The notes beneath the pieces are model-generated. The model made no database searches. It had not been told where the DNA came from and saw nothing but the letters and a program-made list of their open reading frames with translations. DNA of 64,000 nucleotides. Origin: an uncultured Actinomycetota bacterium (GTDB lineage: Bacteria; Actinomycetota; Actinomycetes; JAHEKZ01). Below are positions 52,443 through 61,482 of the stretch, one piece after another. The stretch is from assembly GCA_963743915.1 (NCBI GenBank), contig CAVURN010000002.1, positions 544,001 through 608,000 on the forward strand. The letters are read 5' to 3'. How positions within the stretch are numbered: position 1 is the first letter of the stretch; each line of letters begins with the position of its first letter. The translations under genes and the position numbers were made by a program.

Positions 52443-53069
52443 GTGGATGTCAGCCGAGTGATGGTCCTGCGCGAGCTATTGGCGTCGTCGGGGTGGATCG
52501 AGCGCACCCAGGACTTCGCCCGCACGATCCGCCGCCGAACCACCGAGCCAGGCGGATTGCTGCTGGTCGGGACGCCCGATGCGGAGCCGTGGCACCTGGC
52601 CGCCCACCTCGATGACGAGTCCCGATGGACCGGTACGCCCGAGCTGAGCCCCACGCTGGTGCGTTACGCCGTGCCGCTCGAGGCTCCTCCGCACCTGTCG
52701 TTCACGCTCGAGCGCCTGGAGGCTGCACGCCGAGGTGAGACGGTCTTCGTCGTGAGCGAGGAGAGTGCTCCGGAGCAGCTGCTCCAACGCGCATGGGACG
52801 CACGCAAGCTGGGTGCGACGGTGCTCTCGCTGGACGCCGGTGATGCCGAGCTGCACGAAGTTGCGCATGAGTCACTGACGGTGCTGTCGACAGATACTGA
52901 GCTCGTCACACCTGAGCTCGTCAGATCGGAGCTCGAGGTCGTCTCGTTCGACAGCGTGCAGCACCTGGTGAGCGTCGCTGCAGGTGAGGCTGCACAGTCG
53001 AAGCCATCTCGTTCGGTGCGCGAACGCATGGCATCGCTGCTCGAGAACATCACCGGACCACGCATCTGA
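52443..53069 (+). CDS. Conserved actinobacterial hypothetical protein
   Basis: GLLLVGTPDAEPWHLAAHLDDE, FDSVQHLVS; divergent from npdG, as I recall in other actinomycetes. Confidence 0.8.
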   Translation: MDVSRVMVLRELLASSGWIERTQDFARTIRRRTTEPGGLLLVGTPDAEPWHLAAHLDDESRWTGTPELSPTLVRYAVPLEAPPHLSFTLERLEAARRGETVFVVSEESAPEQLLQRAWDARKLGATVLSLDAGDAELHEVAHESLTVLSTDTELVTPELVRSELEVVSFDSVQHLVSVAAGEAAQSKPSRSVRERMASLLENITGPRI

Positions 53070-53287
53070 CGATGCACTATGCGTCGTGCACAGTGAGGTG
53101 CACGCACGAGACAATCGACGCGCAGACTCGCGCAATCGCTCATATCACGACAGAATGTGCCGCGCGACGTTCGCGACACGAACGCGCGAATGCATGAACG
53201 GTGCTGGCGTCACGGTTGTGACGGTGACATCGTGCAACTCAAAGGCGTTCGGCGAAGGGGCCGGACACAGACGCGTCAGGAGGCACG

Positions 53288-53806
53288 GTGGCTGCAAAGA
53301 CCACCACGGCCAAGAAGGCAGCGAAGCGTTCGACCGCTGCCAAGCGGACGACGAAGAAGTCGACTGCTCGCAAGGCCGCAACGAAGCGCACGACCAAGAA
53401 GGCGACCGCCAAGAAGACGGCCAAGAGGGCCCCTGCGAAGCGGACCGCCAAGAAGGCCACCAAGAAGTCGGCCGCCAAGCGCACTGCCAAGAAGGCCACG
53501 AGGAAGACGGCCAAGAAGGCACCCGCGAAGCGGACCGCCAAGAAGGCCACGAGGAAGACCGCCAAGAAGGCACCCGCGAAGCGGACCGCCAAGAAGGCCA
53601 CCAAGAAGGCGGCCAAGCGCGCTCCTGCCAAGCGGACCGCCAAGAAGGCCACGAGGAAGACCGCCAAGAAGGCACCCGCGAAGCGGACCGCCAAGAAGGC
53701 CACCAAGAAGGCGGCCAAGCGCGCTCCTGCCAAGCGGACCGCGAAGAAGGCCACTCGGAAGACCGCCGCCAAGCGGACCGCCAAGAAGACGGCTCGTCGG
53801 CGCTGA
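53288..53806 (+). CDS. Histone H1-like Lys/Ala/Arg/Thr-rich DNA-binding protein
   Basis: 172 aa made almost entirely of AKRTAKKAT(R/K)K(T/A)AK(K/R)AP repeats; AGGAGG RBS; strong terminator. Confidence 0.85.
   Translation: MAAKTTTAKKAAKRSTAAKRTTKKSTARKAATKRTTKKATAKKTAKRAPAKRTAKKATKKSAAKRTAKKATRKTAKKAPAKRTAKKATRKTAKKAPAKRTAKKATKKAAKRAPAKRTAKKATRKTAKKAPAKRTAKKATKKAAKRAPAKRTAKKATRKTAAKRTAKKTARRR
53528..53731 (+). repeat. Intragenic tandem duplication, 2 x 102 bp (two 51-bp subunits each)
   Basis: Identical copies starting at 53528 and 53630. Confidence 0.8.
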
Positions 53807-53816
53807 GTCATCCGCA

Positions 53817-53860
53817 GCACGTCAAAGGCCCCGACCGGATGGTCGGGGCCTTTGACGTGC
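53817..53860. terminator. Bidirectional hairpin terminator
   Basis: 20-bp perfect stem gcacgtcaaaggccccgacc-ggat-ggtcggggcctttgacgtgc between convergent genes. Confidence 0.85.
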
Positions 53861-53862
53861 GG

Positions 53863-54063
53863 TCAGCCTTCGGCGTCGTCGTTCCAGCGAGGGTCGCTGT
53901 CCCACTCCTCTGAGCGCTGACGCGCGTGCTCGAGCGCTGTGGCAGCCTCCGTGTAGTCGCTGAACGGCCCAAGTCGGACGGTGTTGGGGCACCCTTCCCC
54001 CGTCTCGACCGCCGAGTGGTCGAGGCACCACCAGTACTCGGGCGGGTCGATACCCGTCGTCAT
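53863..54063 (-). CDS. Conserved small protein divergent from map
   Basis: YWWCLDHSAVE..GCP...RLGPF...EAATALE; GGGAG upstream. Confidence 0.75.
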   Translation of the reverse strand: MTTGIDPPEYWWCLDHSAVETGEGCPNTVRLGPFSDYTEAATALEHARQRSEEWDSDPRWNDDAEG

Positions 54064-54101
54064 GAGCCACTCCCTTCACCGTCTCCTAGACTGGGCCCAT
54101 C

Positions 54102-54950
54102 ATGTCGGTTCTGTCACCCGGTCGCGTCTCGCCGCGGCGTCCCGTGCCCCCGGAGATCGCACGTCCGGAATACGTCAACCGTCCTGCACCGGCGCCGTAC
54201 ACCGGTCCCGAGGTCAAAGACGCCGACACGATCGAACGCATGCGAGTCGCCGGACGTCTGGCTGCCCAGGCCATGCGCACCGTGGCCGGACACATCGCAC
54301 CTGGTGTCACGACCGACGAGCTCGACCGCATCGGCCACGAGTTCCTCTGCGACCACGGCGCGTATCCCTCGACCCTGGGGTACAAGGGCTTCCCCAAGTC
54401 GTTGTGCACCTCGGTCAACGAGGTGATCTGTCACGGCATCCCTGACAGCACGGTCCTGAACGATGGCGACATCATCAACATCGACATCACTGCCTACATC
54501 GGCGGCGTCCACGGTGACACCGACGCCACCTACCTGGTGGGAGAGGTCGACGAGGAGTCGCGTCTGCTGGTGGAGCGCACCGAGCAGGCGATGATGCGGG
54601 CCATCAGAGCCGTCGCCCCCGGTCGGCCGGTCAACGTGATCGGGCGTGTCATCGAGGCCTACGCCCGGCGCTTCGGATACGGCGTCGTCCGTGACTTCAC
54701 CGGTCACGGCATCGGTACGGCGTTCCACTCCGGTCTGGTCATTCCTCATTACGACGAGCCGGCCTACGACACCGTCATCGAGACGGGGATGACCTTCACC
54801 ATCGAGCCGATGCTGACGCTGGGCACCATCGAGTACTCGATCTGGGACGACGGGTGGACGGTGGTGACCGCCGACAACAAGCGCACCGCGCAGTTCGAGC
54901 ACACCATTCTGGTCACCGACACGGGTGCCGAGATCCTCACGCTCCCCTGA
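54102..54950 (+). CDS. map: Methionine aminopeptidase type I
   Basis: [41 protein letters not shown]. Confidence 0.97.
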   Translation: MSVLSPGRVSPRRPVPPEIARPEYVNRPAPAPYTGPEVKDADTIERMRVAGRLAAQAMRTVAGHIAPGVTTDELDRIGHEFLCDHGAYPSTLGYKGFPKSLCTSVNEVICHGIPDSTVLNDGDIINIDITAYIGGVHGDTDATYLVGEVDEESRLLVERTEQAMMRAIRAVAPGRPVNVIGRVIEAYARRFGYGVVRDFTGHGIGTAFHSGLVIPHYDEPAYDTVIETGMTFTIEPMLTLGTIEYSIWDDGWTVVTADNKRTAQFEHTILVTDTGAEILTLP

Positions 54951-54961
54951 ACCCGCCTACC

Positions 54962-55004
54962 GGTGATCGGTGCATTTCAGTCACGTTCGAGCTGCTTCAT
55001 CACC
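54962..55004. repeat. REP-like motif copy with degenerate inverted partner, 3' of the AbiEi-like gene
   Basis: GGTGATCGGTGCATTTCAGTCAC (54962-54984) ... GCTTCATCACC (ends 55004). Confidence 0.65.
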
Positions 55005-56040
55005 CTTCGAATGCCTGAGGTGCTTCGATCACCGGGATTGGCCCACCTTGAAGTGGGGCGCGGTTCACGAAACTCGCACGCGACCCCGGCCATGGCCCCG
55101 GTTCCACCAGCCACACGCCGGACGGCCACCGCCACCGTGACCGCAGCTGAGCGTCCCGCAGCTGGCGCCAACGGGCCGCCACACCGGCGGTGTCGACCCT
55201 CAATCGATCGCTTCCGTAGCGCAGGAACCGGAAGTCGCGGTCCTCGAACCACTCTTGCCTCATCTTCTCGTTCCACAGGGCGTCGGACACCTCATACTTC
55301 GCCCGCCCATCGGCCTCGCCGATCAGCCCCCACTCCGGCCAGAGCTTGTCCGGCCGGTACCACTGCACGCTGCCATCTCCGACCCACCATTGCAGCAGCG
55401 GACAGGGGATGCCCTGGATCAGGAGGTGGCCTCGGGAGAACGACTCAAGCGGCGTCTCTGACAGACCATCTGCCCACGTCAGGCATTGTCTGGCGCGTTT
55501 CGCGAAGTTGATGTCACCGAGATCGTCCAGTACCTCAAGGGCTCGGTATCGATGTTCGGGATCCCGGGCAATCGCTGCATCCAGGGGCACGAGCGCCTGC
55601 GGGATCGGTGAGACCCGGCAGATGTCCACCATGGTGCGGGGCAACGAGGTCACTGGCAGCCCCTCAATCTCGACGACGTCATCCGCAACCACTCCGTAAC
55701 GGTGGACCAGTACGCCGGACAACCTTGACCCGCCGGGAGATCGAGTTACCTCCGGTCGGACCTTCGACCACAGGGGAAGAGTGTGCAGGGTGGCCGCGGA
55801 CCGGTGACTGACCACCACATCGGGACCTGCGGCCACGGCTCCACGCAGGAGCGGTAGCAGGCAGTCGTCTCGGGCCTCGGTGTACACCCCACCGCGGACG
55901 CGCATCAACAGGCCCTGGCGCACCCACCTGCGCAGGTCGTTGTCCGTGCACCCGAGCTGTAACAACGCACCACGGGAAGCTGCTCCCTGAGAGGCCAGGT
56001 GGTCCTCCACGGGTGCAGGGAGCACGTGATCGCCGGCCAT
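55000..56040 (-). CDS. AbiEi-type wHTH / DUF559 (Vsr-like endonuclease) family protein
   Basis: LMRVRGGVY, SHRSAATLH, PVTSLPRTMVD, SETPLES, RPDKLW....IGEADGRAKY, EKMRQE. Confidence 0.85.
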   Translation of the reverse strand: MAGDHVLPAPVEDHLASQGAASRGALLQLGCTDNDLRRWVRQGLLMRVRGGVYTEARDDCLLPLLRGAVAAGPDVVVSHRSAATLHTLPLWSKVRPEVTRSPGGSRLSGVLVHRYGVVADDVVEIEGLPVTSLPRTMVDICRVSPIPQALVPLDAAIARDPEHRYRALEVLDDLGDINFAKRARQCLTWADGLSETPLESFSRGHLLIQGIPCPLLQWWVGDGSVQWYRPDKLWPEWGLIGEADGRAKYEVSDALWNEKMRQEWFEDRDFRFLRYGSDRLRVDTAGVAARWRQLRDAQLRSRWRWPSGVWLVEPGPWPGSRASFVNRAPLQGGPIPVIEAPQAFEG

Positions 56041-56145
56041 CGAGTGATGGTGAACGTTGGTACCGACGTCCGGACGAAATCCACAGCCGTCGAGAGCGGC
56101 GATCCGAAATTCGGCCGACCTCGCCCCACGACGCCCCCACCCTCT

Positions 56146-56217
56146 GGTGATCGAAGCGTCCTAGTCACTTTGACGGGCGTTGGGATCCGCCAGAGTGACT
56201 AGATCGCTCCGATCACC
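56146..56217. repeat. REP-like inverted pair (long hairpin) 5' of the AbiEi-like gene
   Basis: GGTGATCGAAGCGTCCTAGTCAC (56146-56168) pairs with GTGACTAGATCGCTCCGATCACC (56195-56217). Confidence 0.8.
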
Positions 56218-56232
56218 GTCGCGAGGGTAAGG

Positions 56233-57432
56233 ATGCGGACGCCTGCGACCGATACCCCCACCATGCGTACTGGGAAGACTGCCGCGTCCTCAGCGGACGC
56301 CTGCCGTCGCTGCACCGCTCTGCTGCCCTCCGGTGTTGCCCGCTGCTCGTTGTGTGGTTGGCCGGCCGGAGTCGGTTTCCCGCCCACCGACGGCGAGCTC
56401 GCCATGACGACGCCTCCGGACGACGTCGAACCGGAGGTCGAGGCACCCGACCACGGACAGCTCGACGCCCTCGCCGGCATCGCCGAGCGACAGGCGCCGC
56501 CGAGCGAAGAACCCGCCGAGGCGATGCCAGTGACGCCGGAGACCGGAGCGATCGGAGCCCCGGTCGAGGCTGCCCATGTTCAGGAGCCGGATGTCGCCCA
56601 CGATCGCGAGCCTTCACCCGCTCCCGAGACCGATGGCGCGATCGAGCAGTTCGACCCGCTCACCGCGCCTCTCGAGACCCTGATCGAGGACATCGAGCCG
56701 CAGCGTGGGGACGACGTGGTGGCGGTGGACGACAGCTCGGCTGTGCCCTCGCGGTCCGGGCGCACCTTCGACGTCCAGCGCCTCTGCCAGGTACTGGTCA
56801 TGAGTGCTGCGCTGTCGAACCTCGCCCTCGCTGGCCTGGAGGTCATCGCCGAGGGTTCGATGGCGGTGCTCGCCCTGGCACTGGTGAGCCTCGGCATCTG
56901 GACGGCCGCGGCCATCACTTTCCTGCACTGGGTGTCTCGCACCTACGCCCGCGTCGTCAGCACGTCGCCGGTCCGACAACGGCACGGCGCGACGATGGCT
57001 GTCGCGGGCTGGATGATCCCGGTTGCCGGGTTCGTCATCGGCTACCGCGTGCTGCAGGACCTCTGGGCCGGCTCGGACCCAGCCACCCGCAGCAACCCCG
57101 AGGCGACTCCGGCGAAGGCACGTGTCATCGACGTGTGGCTGCTCGGACTGGTCACGGCGACCGTGTTCGGGTACGCCATGCCCCTGGCGCTGGGCGACTC
57201 CACCCTCTGGGGCGTCCTCAGCTCGGTCGGCGTGCTCACGGCCGCCTTGGCGCTCATCCAGGTCATGAGCACCCTCGGCGCCTGGTCCGTCGACACCGAC
57301 ACCGACAGCACGACCGCACCGACGACGTCCATCCAGGTAGCTGACGAGGGAACCGTCACGACACGGGTCGACCACCTCGAGGCAGTTGCACCTGACGTCG
57401 TTCCTGAGGAAGCGCCCGTCTCCGTCGACTGA
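56233..57432 (+). CDS. Membrane protein with N-terminal CxxC..CxxC ribbon and DUF4328-like domain
   Basis: CRRC/CSLC, acidic linker, FLHWVSRTY, AVAGWMIPV, QDLWAGS. Confidence 0.7.
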   Translation: MRTPATDTPTMRTGKTAASSADACRRCTALLPSGVARCSLCGWPAGVGFPPTDGELAMTTPPDDVEPEVEAPDHGQLDALAGIAERQAPPSEEPAEAMPVTPETGAIGAPVEAAHVQEPDVAHDREPSPAPETDGAIEQFDPLTAPLETLIEDIEPQRGDDVVAVDDSSAVPSRSGRTFDVQRLCQVLVMSAALSNLALAGLEVIAEGSMAVLALALVSLGIWTAAAITFLHWVSRTYARVVSTSPVRQRHGATMAVAGWMIPVAGFVIGYRVLQDLWAGSDPATRSNPEATPAKARVIDVWLLGLVTATVFGYAMPLALGDSTLWGVLSSVGVLTAALALIQVMSTLGAWSVDTDTDSTTAPTTSIQVADEGTVTTRVDHLEAVAPDVVPEEAPVSVD

Positions 57433-57550
57433 CTCCGACGCCAAGCTCGACCTCGCAGGCCTGTTTCACCCGAGCACTCCTTCATGGTTGGCTGGCATCA
57501 ACCAGAGCCGATGGCGGGTCAAGACCGCCGTGCAGGGAGGCCGGACACGC

Positions 57551-58327
57551 ATGGGTCGGGTGATCGGTGTCGACGTGGGCGGCACCGGCATCAAGGGTGC
57601 ACTGGTCGACACCGAGCACGGTGACCTCGTGACCGCGCGGATCCGCGTCCCCACGCCGCACCCCGGAACGCCCGCCCATGTGGCGCAGACGGTGTGCGAC
57701 GTCGTGGGCCAGATCGACGCCACCGGGGCAGTCGGTGTCACGCTGCCGGCCGTCGTACGAGCCGGCATCGTCGAGACGGCCTCCAACATCGACGCGTCCT
57801 GGATCGGCACGGACGCGCCGGCCTTGCTCGAGGCCGCGCTCGGTCGACCGGTCGTGGTCGTCAACGACGCCGACGCCGCGGGGCTGGCCGAGATCCGGTG
57901 GGGCGCAGGGCGAGGCATCGGTGGAACCGTCGTCGTCATCACGTTGGGCACCGGGATCGGCAGCGGCCTGTTCATCGATGGCTGTCTGGTGCCCAACACC
58001 GAGCTGGGACATCTGCATCTCCATCACGGCGACGCGGAGGACTGGGCTGCCGAGTCCATCCGCGAGCATGACGACCTGTCGTGGGGGAAGTGGGCGGCGC
58101 GGGTGGACGCCTATCTGCACAAGCTCGAAGCCCTGATGTGGCCCACGCTCATCATCATCGGCGGTGGGATCTCGAAGAAGGCAGACAAGTTCCTCCCTCG
58201 CCTCACGGTGCGGACCCCCGTCGTCGCAGCCCAGCTCCACAACGAGGCGGGCATCGCCGGGGCGGCCTTGCTGGCAGACTCCCTCGAGCACCCGCCTCAA
58301 CCCACCGCGAACCGGCCTCAGGAGTGA
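57551..58327 (+). CDS. ppgK: Polyphosphate glucokinase (ROK family)
   Basis: GVDVGGTGIKGA, NDADAAGLAE, TLGTGIGS, PNTELGHL, GGGISKK. Confidence 0.92.
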   Translation: MGRVIGVDVGGTGIKGALVDTEHGDLVTARIRVPTPHPGTPAHVAQTVCDVVGQIDATGAVGVTLPAVVRAGIVETASNIDASWIGTDAPALLEAALGRPVVVVNDADAAGLAEIRWGAGRGIGGTVVVITLGTGIGSGLFIDGCLVPNTELGHLHLHHGDAEDWAAESIREHDDLSWGKWAARVDAYLHKLEALMWPTLIIIGGGISKKADKFLPRLTVRTPVVAAQLHNEAGIAGAALLADSLEHPPQPTANRPQE

Positions 58328-58328
58328 G

Positions 58329-59360
58329 ATGACCAGCGAACGCACGATGCAGCTCGGGATGGTGGGTCTGGGACGCATGGGCGCCAACATGGTGCGCCGT
58401 CTCATGCGCGACGGCCATGAGTGCGTGGTGCACGACGTCGCGCCGGCAGCCGTCCAGGACCTTGTCGGCGAGGGCGCCGTAGGCGCGACCTCACTGGCCG
58501 ACCTCGCCGAGAAGTTGGACGCGCCGCGAGCGGTGTGGGTCATGGTGCCCGCGGGCTACGTGCAGCAGACCGTCGATGCGCTGGCCGAGGTCCTGAGCGA
58601 GGGCGACATCGTCATCGACGGTGGCAACAGCTACTACCGCGACGACATCACCCGTGCCGCCGCGTTGCGGCAACGGGGCATCCACTACGTCGACTGCGGG
58701 ACCAGCGGCGGCGTCTGGGGTCTGGATCGCGGGTACTGCCTGATGATCGGTGGCGACACCGGAGCGGTGCAGCACCTCGATCCGGTCTTCGCGTCCTTGG
58801 CGCCGGGACACGGCGACACCAGCCCCACTCCCCACCGCACGAGCACCACCGGGACCGCCGATCGCGGGTACCTCCACTGTGGCCCGATCGGGGCGGGGCA
58901 CTTCGTCAAGATGGTTCACAACGGCATCGAGTACGGGATGATGGCCGCCCTGGCCGAGGGGCTCGCCATCATCAAGCACGCCGACGCCGGCCTGCACGCG
59001 GGAGAGATCGACGCCGAGACGACCCCGCTGCGCGACCCACAGGCCTACCAGTACGAGATCGACGTCGCCGAGGTCGCCGAGGTCTGGAGACGGGGCTCGG
59101 TGATCGAGTCCTGGCTCCTGGACCTGACGGCCGACGCGCTCGCGAAGTCCCCCGACCTGGCTGAGTTCGCTGGTCGGGTCAGCGACTCCGGAGAGGGACG
59201 GTGGACCATGCTCGCCTCGATCGACGAGGGGGTGCCGGCACCGGTGATCTACGCGGCGCTCAACGCGCGCTTCGAGTCCCGCGACATGGGCTTGTTCACG
59301 AACCGGGTCCTGTCCGCGATGCGCAACGAGTTCGGCGGACACGACGAGAAGAGCCCCTGA
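58329..59360 (+). CDS. gnd: 6-phosphogluconate dehydrogenase, decarboxylating (short type)
   Basis: GLGRMG, DGGNSYY, DCGTSGG, VKMVHNGIEYG, DSGEGRWT, SAMRNEFGGH. Confidence 0.95.
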   Translation: MTSERTMQLGMVGLGRMGANMVRRLMRDGHECVVHDVAPAAVQDLVGEGAVGATSLADLAEKLDAPRAVWVMVPAGYVQQTVDALAEVLSEGDIVIDGGNSYYRDDITRAAALRQRGIHYVDCGTSGGVWGLDRGYCLMIGGDTGAVQHLDPVFASLAPGHGDTSPTPHRTSTTGTADRGYLHCGPIGAGHFVKMVHNGIEYGMMAALAEGLAIIKHADAGLHAGEIDAETTPLRDPQAYQYEIDVAEVAEVWRRGSVIESWLLDLTADALAKSPDLAEFAGRVSDSGEGRWTMLASIDEGVPAPVIYAALNARFESRDMGLFTNRVLSAMRNEFGGHDEKSP

Positions 59361-59362
59361 CG

Positions 59363-60043
59363 ATGCATCACCTGCTGCAGGTCTGGGCGGACCCTGCCGA
59401 GGTCGCATTGCGCGCAGCTGCCTACGTGGCCGAGCGGGCCTCCGAGGCCGTGGCCGACCACGGTGCGTTCACCTTCGCCGTCAGCGGCGGCAGCACTCCC
59501 CAAGGCATGTTCGTGGCCTTGAGCGGCATGGACGTCCCCTGGTCCAAGACGCAGATCTTCCAGGTCGACGAGCGGATCGCGCCGCCGGACGACACCGACC
59601 GCAACCTGCACCACCTGCGGCAGGCGCTCGGCGACGTCCCCGCGTCCCTTGAGACCATGCCGGTGGAGCTCCCCGATCTGGCGGCCGCAGCGGAGGAGTA
59701 TGCGGCACACCTGCCCGCCCACTTCGATCTCGTCCATCTCGGGCTCGGGCCGGACGGCCATACGGCGTCCCTCGTTCCGGGCGACGCGGTGCTCGCCGAA
59801 CGGGATGCGGCCGTCGCCGTGACAGCCGAGCCGTACCAAGGCCGTCGACGGATGACGCTGACCTACTCCGGTCTGGCGAGAGCGCGCCAGATCCTCTGGT
59901 TGGTCACCGGCGTCGACAAGCGTGACGCCCTCGCGCGGCTGCTCGCCGGGGACACCGACATCCCCGCTGGGCGGGTCACCGCCGACGCGTCGCTCGTCAT
60001 GGCTGACCAAGCCGCCGCTCCAGAACCAGGAGCTGCGGCATGA
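59363..60043 (+). CDS. pgl: 6-phosphogluconolactonase
   Basis: [27 protein letters not shown]. Confidence 0.93.
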   Translation: MHHLLQVWADPAEVALRAAAYVAERASEAVADHGAFTFAVSGGSTPQGMFVALSGMDVPWSKTQIFQVDERIAPPDDTDRNLHHLRQALGDVPASLETMPVELPDLAAAAEEYAAHLPAHFDLVHLGLGPDGHTASLVPGDAVLAERDAAVAVTAEPYQGRRRMTLTYSGLARARQILWLVTGVDKRDALARLLAGDTDIPAGRVTADASLVMADQAAAPEPGAAA

Positions 60044-61482
60044 CGTCGGACACCGGTACCCCGGCGCCGCTGACGCCTGACCCGCACGTGATCGTCCTGT
60101 TCGGCGCCACCGGCGACCTCGCCAAGCGCAAGCTGCTCCCGGGGCTGTACCACCTGTACGTCTCCGGTCTCATGCCACCGGCGTTCCGCATCATCGGCAC
60201 CTCGCCCGACGCCTGGGAGCGCGCTGAATTCCTGGACCACGTCCACGAGTCCCTGCAGCAGTTCGGACGCCGGGAGGTGCGGGACGGCCCTTGGGCCAGC
60301 TTCCGTGACGCGGTCGACTACGTCCCGTCGACCGGTGACGACGGTGACGCCCTGGCCGCATCGGTCGCGACCGCCCGGCACGATCTCGGCAGCTCCGTCC
60401 GCACGCTGCACTACCTGTCGGTTCCGCCGTTCGCGTTCGAGAGCGTGGTCGGCATGCTGGGGGCTGCCGGGCTCACCGACGAACCGAGTCGCGTCATCAT
60501 CGAGAAGCCCTTCGGCCACGACCTGGAGTCGGCGCGCCACCTCAATGCGGTCCTGCACTCCGCCTTCGCCGAGGAGCAGATCTTCCGCATCGACCACTTC
60601 CTCGGCAAGGAGGACGTGCAGAACATCCTTGCGGCGCGGTTCGCGAACGGCTTCTTCGAGCCGATCTGGAACCGCGGACACATCGACAACGTGCAGATTG
60701 ACGTCCCCGAGACCCTCGGCCTCGAGCACCGTGCCGGCTTCTACGAGAGCACCGGCGCCTACCGGGACATGATCGTCACCCACCTGCTCCAGGCGATGGG
60801 GTTCGTCGCGATGGAGCGGCCCGAGAACCTCCAGCCCGATGAGCTGTACCGGCACAAGGAAGGGGCGTTCGAGGCAATCGTTCCGCTCGATCCACAGGAC
60901 GTCGTCCGCGGGCAGTACGAGGGGTACCGGTCCGAGGACGGCGTCGCGTCGGACTCCGACACCGAGACCTTCGCCGCCGCGCGGGTGAGCCTGGACAACG
61001 AGCGCTGGCGCGGCGTCCCCTTCTACCTGCGGACCGGCAAGCGGATGGCCGAGTCGCGACGAACCGTCACCCTGACGTTCGGCGCGCCGGAGCACGACCT
61101 GTTCCCCGGCGCGCGGCAGACGAACGCCCTGCGGTTCGAGCTGTCCGAGCCAGGGAAGATCCGGCTCGCGTTCTTGGCCAAGGAGCCGGGTCCGACCATG
61201 GACCTCGGACCGGCCGCCATGGTCTTCGAGTACGCCACGTCCTTCAATGTCCGGCACGAGCTGGAGGCGTACGAGCGGTTGATCCACGACGCCATGATCG
61301 GCGACCGCACGCTGTTCACCAGGGCCCCGGGCATCGAGCGACTCTGGGAGGTGTCGGCCTCGGTCCTGGAGCACCCTCGACCCGTCGTGCCCTACTCCCC
61401 CGGGTCGTGGGGGCCGGCAGAAGCGGACGCGCTGCTCGAGGGCCGTCGCTGGGCGCTTCCGGACACCGCCCCTACAGGTTGA
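60040..61482 (+). CDS. zwf: Glucose-6-phosphate 1-dehydrogenase
   Basis: [37 protein letters not shown]. Confidence 0.96.
   Translation: MTSDTGTPAPLTPDPHVIVLFGATGDLAKRKLLPGLYHLYVSGLMPPAFRIIGTSPDAWERAEFLDHVHESLQQFGRREVRDGPWASFRDAVDYVPSTGDDGDALAASVATARHDLGSSVRTLHYLSVPPFAFESVVGMLGAAGLTDEPSRVIIEKPFGHDLESARHLNAVLHSAFAEEQIFRIDHFLGKEDVQNILAARFANGFFEPIWNRGHIDNVQIDVPETLGLEHRAGFYESTGAYRDMIVTHLLQAMGFVAMERPENLQPDELYRHKEGAFEAIVPLDPQDVVRGQYEGYRSEDGVASDSDTETFAAARVSLDNERWRGVPFYLRTGKRMAESRRTVTLTFGAPEHDLFPGARQTNALRFELSEPGKIRLAFLAKEPGPTMDLGPAAMVFEYATSFNVRHELEAYERLIHDAMIGDRTLFTRAPGIERLWEVSASVLEHPRPVVPYSPGSWGPAEADALLEGRRWALPDTAPTG

Noticed and set aside
53239-53820. Hydrophobic 193 aa minus-strand ORF (repeating FLAVRFAGA)
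   Set aside because: Antisense mirror of the Lys/Ala-rich gene; the RBS and terminator support the plus strand.
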